A stretch of DNA of 63,960 nt, filler included, from Reclinomonas americana ATCC 50394 (taxonomy: Eukaryota): the NCBI GenBank assembly GCA_048213135.1. It is 54 parts of 54 records of this genome, joined end to end, with 100 filler letters (N's around TTAATTAATTAA, not from the genome) between each part and the next. Parts side by side here need not be neighbours in the genome. Positions count along the whole stretch, not along the records: positions 59,328 to 60,409 come from AFZH01026575.1; positions 60,510 to 61,590 come from AFZH01026576.1; positions 61,691 to 62,778 come from AFZH01026577.1; positions 62,879 to 63,960 come from AFZH01026578.1; 50 more parts are not named here. One strand, written 5' to 3'. A model generated the notes under the pieces. It made no database searches. It saw only the letters and a program-made list of their open reading frames with translations, and was not told where the DNA came from. The position numbers and the translations under genes were made by a program. Below, one piece after another: positions 59,576 to 63,960 of the stretch. Each line of letters opens with the position of its first letter. Position 1 is the first letter of the stretch.

Positions 59576-59871
59576 GGCGGTGCCGAGTACACGCTCACGG
59601 GCGACGCCGCGCTGCTCCAACGCACGGTCGGCCACACCAACTGGTCGCGCCCGCCCATTCGCCTCTCGTTCCAGGTGCCAATGTTTGCGGCCTCGGGTCT
59701 GAAGGTGCGCTTCCTGAAGGTGTCGGAGCCCAAGTTCGAATACGAGGTACGCACGCACACACGCAGTCTTGCCTTGCTCGTACCTCCCACACTCACATTC
59801 ATCGCCGCTCGCAGACCATCAAGTGGGTGCGCTACATTACCCGTGCAGGCAACTACGAAATCCGCATCTAA
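59576..59871 (+). CDS. AP2M1: AP-2 adaptor mu subunit, last two exons
   Basis: WSRPPIRLSFQVPMFAASGLKVRFLKVSE..YE/TIKWVRYITRAGNYEIRI-TAA. Confidence 0.93.
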
Positions 59872-60044
59872 TGCATCACGTACGCCCCACGCGCGAGTGT
59901 GTTGTTGTTTGTTTGTGTGGATTCTTGGTGCTTTCATCTTCTTCATTTTTACTCTTTTTCACCCTGCCTCTTTTCTCTTTTTTTTTGTGTGTGTGTTCGG
60001 TCAATGCCCGCATGAGTATCCCATGAACAAGATGCTTTTTGTGG

Positions 60045-60409
60045 TCACAACGCCACCTCACTACTGCGCCGAAAGAGCACCACCCGCGCGTCTTCCACGA
60101 TAAAGCACCGCAGCACGATCTCCACCAGACAGCGCCGCTCTCTCCCCTCTTCTTCCTCGTCCCGCACGGCCTGCATCGCCGCCAGCGCACAGTCGAGTTC
60201 CTCCGCGGCCAGTGCACACGGCGTGGACCACACGCGCACCACCGAGTCCGTGCAGCCGGCCGCCACACGCTGCCCGTCGGGTGACACTGCCACCGTCCCC
60301 ACGCCCGCCTGCACACCATCCAGTCGACACACAAGCTCTCCACTCGCCACGCACCACACGCACACTGTCTGATCGCTGCTGCCGGAGACCACGTGCCTAC
60401 CATCGGCAC
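60045..60409 (-). CDS. WD40-repeat protein C-terminus, convergent with AP-2 mu
   Basis: DGRHVVSGSSDQTVCVW..AVSPDGQRVAAGCTDSVVRVW. Confidence 0.85.
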
Positions 60410-60509
60410 NNNNNNNNNNNNNNNNNNNNNNNNNNNNNNNNNNNNNNNNNNNNTTAATTAATTAANNNNNNNNNNNNNNNNNNNNNNNNNNNNNNNNNNN
60501 NNNNNNNNN

Positions 60510-61590
60510 CGACGAGTGGGAGTGTGACGGGGCTCTCTGTTATAGCCGGCCTTGGCGGTGTGCTCACCAACGGTGCTGTGAGTGCTTCCGGCGCGTTGCT
60601 GAGCGGCGCCAGTGGTATTAGTACCTCGGGCAGTATTTTTAGTCAGACCCTCAGTGCCAGCGGAGCCGTCCTTGGTGCAACCATGTCGACGAGTGGATCG
60701 ATCCAGGCCGGCGGTCTCGTTGCGGCCAATCAGATTGTTTCTGGAACTACTATTAGTGCTGCAGGAGCTGTTCGTGGGTCCACTCTGTTTGCCGGCTCCG
60801 ACGCGACAGTCGGTGGCTTGCTGTCGACATTCCGTCTGGCGGTGGCCGACAGTTACACTGTCGGAGGCGTTATCAGTGGTGGCAGTTTGTCGACATCCGG
60901 TTCCGTGGTCGGCCAGACTGTCAGCACGATCGGGACCCTGTTTGCCGGCAGTATTGTCGCCAGCGGTGCTGTTAGCGTATCCAATTCACTCTCTGCCAAT
61001 AGTCTCAGTGTGACCGGAGCGGTGACAGTCGGTGGCACTGCGTCGCTTGCTGTTGCCACGGTTACAGGTGATGTTTCTGCGGGCGGCAACATTTTGCCAC
61101 TTGCCGACGGTGGCGGTGATGTTGGATCGGTAGCAGCGCGATTCCGTGATGGAAATTTCTCTGGAACTGTGCGCACACAGAGCTTGTCTGTTAATGGCAG
61201 CATTGTTGGTCTGGGCGCGACATCGCTCCGATCGACAACTGTCACGTCTATCACCGATGGCGTATGTGTGATCTCCGGAGGCTCTCTTCGCGGATGCACA
61301 TCGGCCAACATTGCTGGTAACGTCGCATTTGGTGGCAACCTTACAGTAACCGGTACCACGCACAGCCTCAGCGGTACCGTTAGTTTGGTCGATCTTCTGC
61401 TCAGCGGTCAGGTCCTGCCCTTTAGCGACAATCAAACGTCGTTGGGTTCAGCTGGCGTGCGACTAGCGAGCGGCTATTTTGGCGGCACAGTGCTGGCCGC
61501 GCGTCTCACGGACGGGGTAGTTTCGCTGACTTCTGGTTCCTTGCTGGCCACTGGCGGGACTGGTGGCGATATTGGAAGCCAGTCGAATCC
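60510..61590 (+). CDS. Intronless G/S/T/V/A-rich beta-fibre protein resembling viral tail/capsid fibres
   Basis: Open across the contig; three ILPxxDxxxDxGSxxxR-type repeats and two TDG..SG/TSGSL repeats; T-ending codons unlike the host genes. Confidence 0.6.
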
Positions 61591-61690
61591 NNNNNNNNNN
61601 NNNNNNNNNNNNNNNNNNNNNNNNNNNNNNNNNNTTAATTAATTAANNNNNNNNNNNNNNNNNNNNNNNNNNNNNNNNNNNNNNNNNNNN

Positions 61691-61763
61691 CCTTCGCTCC
61701 CTTCGCTTCCCCTTCGCTTCCCCTTCGCTTCCCCTTCGCTTCCCCTTCGCTTCCCCTTCGCTT
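61691..61763. repeat. 11-bp tandem repeat, about 6 copies (intronic)
   Basis: ccccttcgctt repeated head to tail. Confidence 0.9.
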
Positions 61764-61858
61764 CCCCCTTCTCCCCCTCTCCCCCTTCCCCTTCTCCACC
61801 CTTCCCCTCTCACCCCTTCCCCCCTTCCCTGCTTCTCACCCCCTCCCCCTCCCCACAG

Positions 61859-62778
61859 CCTCCTCATCCGCCACAACATCATCATCAGCAAAAAACCCGT
61901 CATCCGCGACGTCATCTTCTACATGCTGGCCGTCTCCTACCTCCTCTTCCTCGTCATCTTCCGCGACGAAGTCTCCCTGTGGGAGAGCCTCATCCTCCTC
62001 GGCATCTACGTGTCCTACGTCGTGACCGTCGCCGTCCTGCGACGTCACTGGGTCGAGGCGGGCAAGGGCACCGGCGGCAACCCAAGCGGACGATTCGTCA
62101 ATTTCGCGCCGTCGGGAACTGCCGCGGCTGCTGTCCGTGAGTTGAAGGGAAGGGCAGGGAGGGGGGGAGAGAGGGGGAGAAGGGATGAGAAGAGAAGTGA
62201 CTACAACGGAAAGAGGACAACAGAAAGAAGAGAACATGAAGAGCTGACGGAAATAACAACAGAAAAGAAGTGATGAGAAAAAAAGAGAAGAGAACAGAAA
62301 CAGAATTCTTACCTCCTTCCCCCCTTCCCCTTCTCCCCCTTCTCCCCTTCTCCCCCTTACATCCCTTTCCCTCACGCAGCCCCCACCAACGCCCTCCGCG
62401 GCCCCCTCACCCACCACCTCGACAACGACGGCCTCGAACCCCTCTCCGCCTCCAAAATGCCCCTCGTCCTCGCCTCCAACCGCCGCTACGGCTCCTCCCT
62501 CCCCGGCCGCGACCGCACCCGCTCCGGCGCCAGCGCCCTCCCCGAAATGTTTGGCGACGACGAGGAGGACTATCTGCTCGACGAGCCGCGCCCCGACAGC
62601 CCAGTGGCGGCGCGCGAATTCCAATCGGACTCGGCGTGGTTGCTCGGCGACGTGTCTCCGCGGCATGCGTCCGCCGCCGCCGCCGGTGGCGGTACAGGCA
62701 GTCGACGCAGTGCGCGCAGTCACGGGGACAGCAGGACGTCGCAGAGGGAGTTGTTGGATCGGTTCCAGCGGGATCCCG
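61859..62778 (+). CDS. Cation/Ca2+ exchanger (CCX/NCLX/NCKX-type) fragment
   Basis: KPVIRDVIFYMLAV..DEVSLWESLILLGIYVSYV followed by a cytosolic loop exon. Confidence 0.85.
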
Positions 62779-62878
62779 NNNNNNNNNNNNNNNNNNNNNN
62801 NNNNNNNNNNNNNNNNNNNNNNTTAATTAATTAANNNNNNNNNNNNNNNNNNNNNNNNNNNNNNNNNNNNNNNNNNNN

Positions 62879-63960
62879 CCGAGTCGACACAAAAACCGTT
62901 GATCTTGCCCGTCTGTGCGTTCTTGGCCCACACCACAATCACGCCGCCCATGCCGGCGTTGCCGATCCAGCGCTTGGTGCCGGAGAGGCGGTAGCCGCCG
63001 TCGACGGGCGTGGCCGTGGTCTCGATGGAGGTGGCGTCGGAGCCGAATTGGGGTTCCGTGAGGGCGAAGGCGCCTGGTGAGGAGAGGGGGGAGAAGGGGG
63101 ATAGAAGGGGGAAGGCGGAGGGGGGAAGGTGGAGGGAGAAGGTGAAGGGGGAAGGTGAAGGGGGAAGGTGAAGGGGGAAGGTGAAGGGGGAAGGTGAAGG
63201 GGGAAGGTGAAGGGGGAAGGAGAAGGGAAACGAAGATGGAAGAGACATGGGGATAGACAATGGGGAGAGACATGGGGGAAGACAAAGGGGAAGACGGAAG
63301 GGGAAGGTGAAGGGGAAGACGAAAATGCAAGGAACAAGAGGAAGCGATAGGAAACGGCGGAAAGGAACAGGGTGAAGGGGGAGAGGAGAGAGGCGGTGAG
63401 TTCAATATAATCGTGACGGTGAGATGCAATCAGACGCACCGATGGTCTCGAAGCGGGCCATCTTGGGCAGGTACTGCAGAAAGAGTGAATTCGCTGCGGA
63501 GAAGGATCGTGCGGTATAAATGCACGCAACACGCTGCTTCTGCTCCTCGTTGCCGCACAAGCCGATTGCCAGCATGGAGATGTTGCCGTGCACGGCATAA
63601 AATGTGGCAATGGAGCCGTCGATTCCTGTGAGGCAGAATGATTGAGAAGCTGTTCCTCGTCATCATGCGAATGCTGTGCCTCTGTCACGCTCTTCTCAAT
63701 TCTGAACTGTCCACGGAATCTGTCTCGTGCAACTCAACGAGCAAACTCCATGGCAATCAAGCTAGCCGCCGTCAATGAAATGCCCTGAGCACGCGAAAGA
63801 AGAGTCAGCTCACAATCGAGCACAGCAGTGAAAAGACGCCCGCCCCACAAACCTGGCATCCATATCCCTTGATCTCTCCGCCAGCGCCCAACTCCTCCGC
63901 CATGATCGGTAGCAGATGCGCAGGGAACTTGGCCGCCTCAAAGTAGGCATTTGCCTGTGA
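62879..63960 (-). CDS. ACX4: ACX4-like acyl-CoA oxidase, N-terminal half
   Basis: YFEAAKFP..IKGYGC, IAMEFAR/IDGSIATF.AVH..MLAI.LCGNEEQKQR/YLP.MA..ETI/GAFALTEP.FGSDA, G.KRWIGNA, VVWAKN..INGF. Confidence 0.88.

Overview
This window is not one locus. It is 54 short contigs (about 1.08-1.09 kb, roughly descending in length) joined by artificial 100-nt linkers (N44-TTAATTAATTAA-N44), so adjacency across linkers means nothing. About 45 contigs come from an intron-rich, GC-rich microbial eukaryote that uses the standard code, has mostly 55-100 nt introns with CTCAC/CTGAC branch sites, and is rich in (CA)n/(GA)n microsatellites. Recognisable eukaryotic gene fragments include UBA1, NEDD1, PPWD1, SART1, AP-2 mu, NF1, an IP3R/RyR-type channel, UVRAG-like, a Rubicon-homology protein, RNF123/RKP, UBXN11, an ABCB transporter, class I aldolase and ACX4. 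Three contig pairs look like haplotype copies. Eight contigs are bacterial: four Microbacteriaceae-like and four alphaproteobacterial, including a RES-Xre toxin-antitoxin pair and a pcaG-pcaH-like pair. One intronless contig looks like a viral fibre protein. The most interesting signals are: (1) a spliced gene whose N-terminal region carries a NEDD8/ubiquitin-type tail, LALRGG, fused directly to a cryptic dual-acylation motif, GCGAS, ahead of a pre-NACHT-like segment, with an NLR-like NACHT gene elsewhere in the window; (2) a recurrent shifted 5' splice-site class, GTTNCG, that lacks +5G; (3) intron-containing genes of bacterial type (matrixin, NHL/FN3); (4) a 9-nt microexon in the IP3R-like gene. 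All homology calls are from motif recognition by eye; no searches were run.
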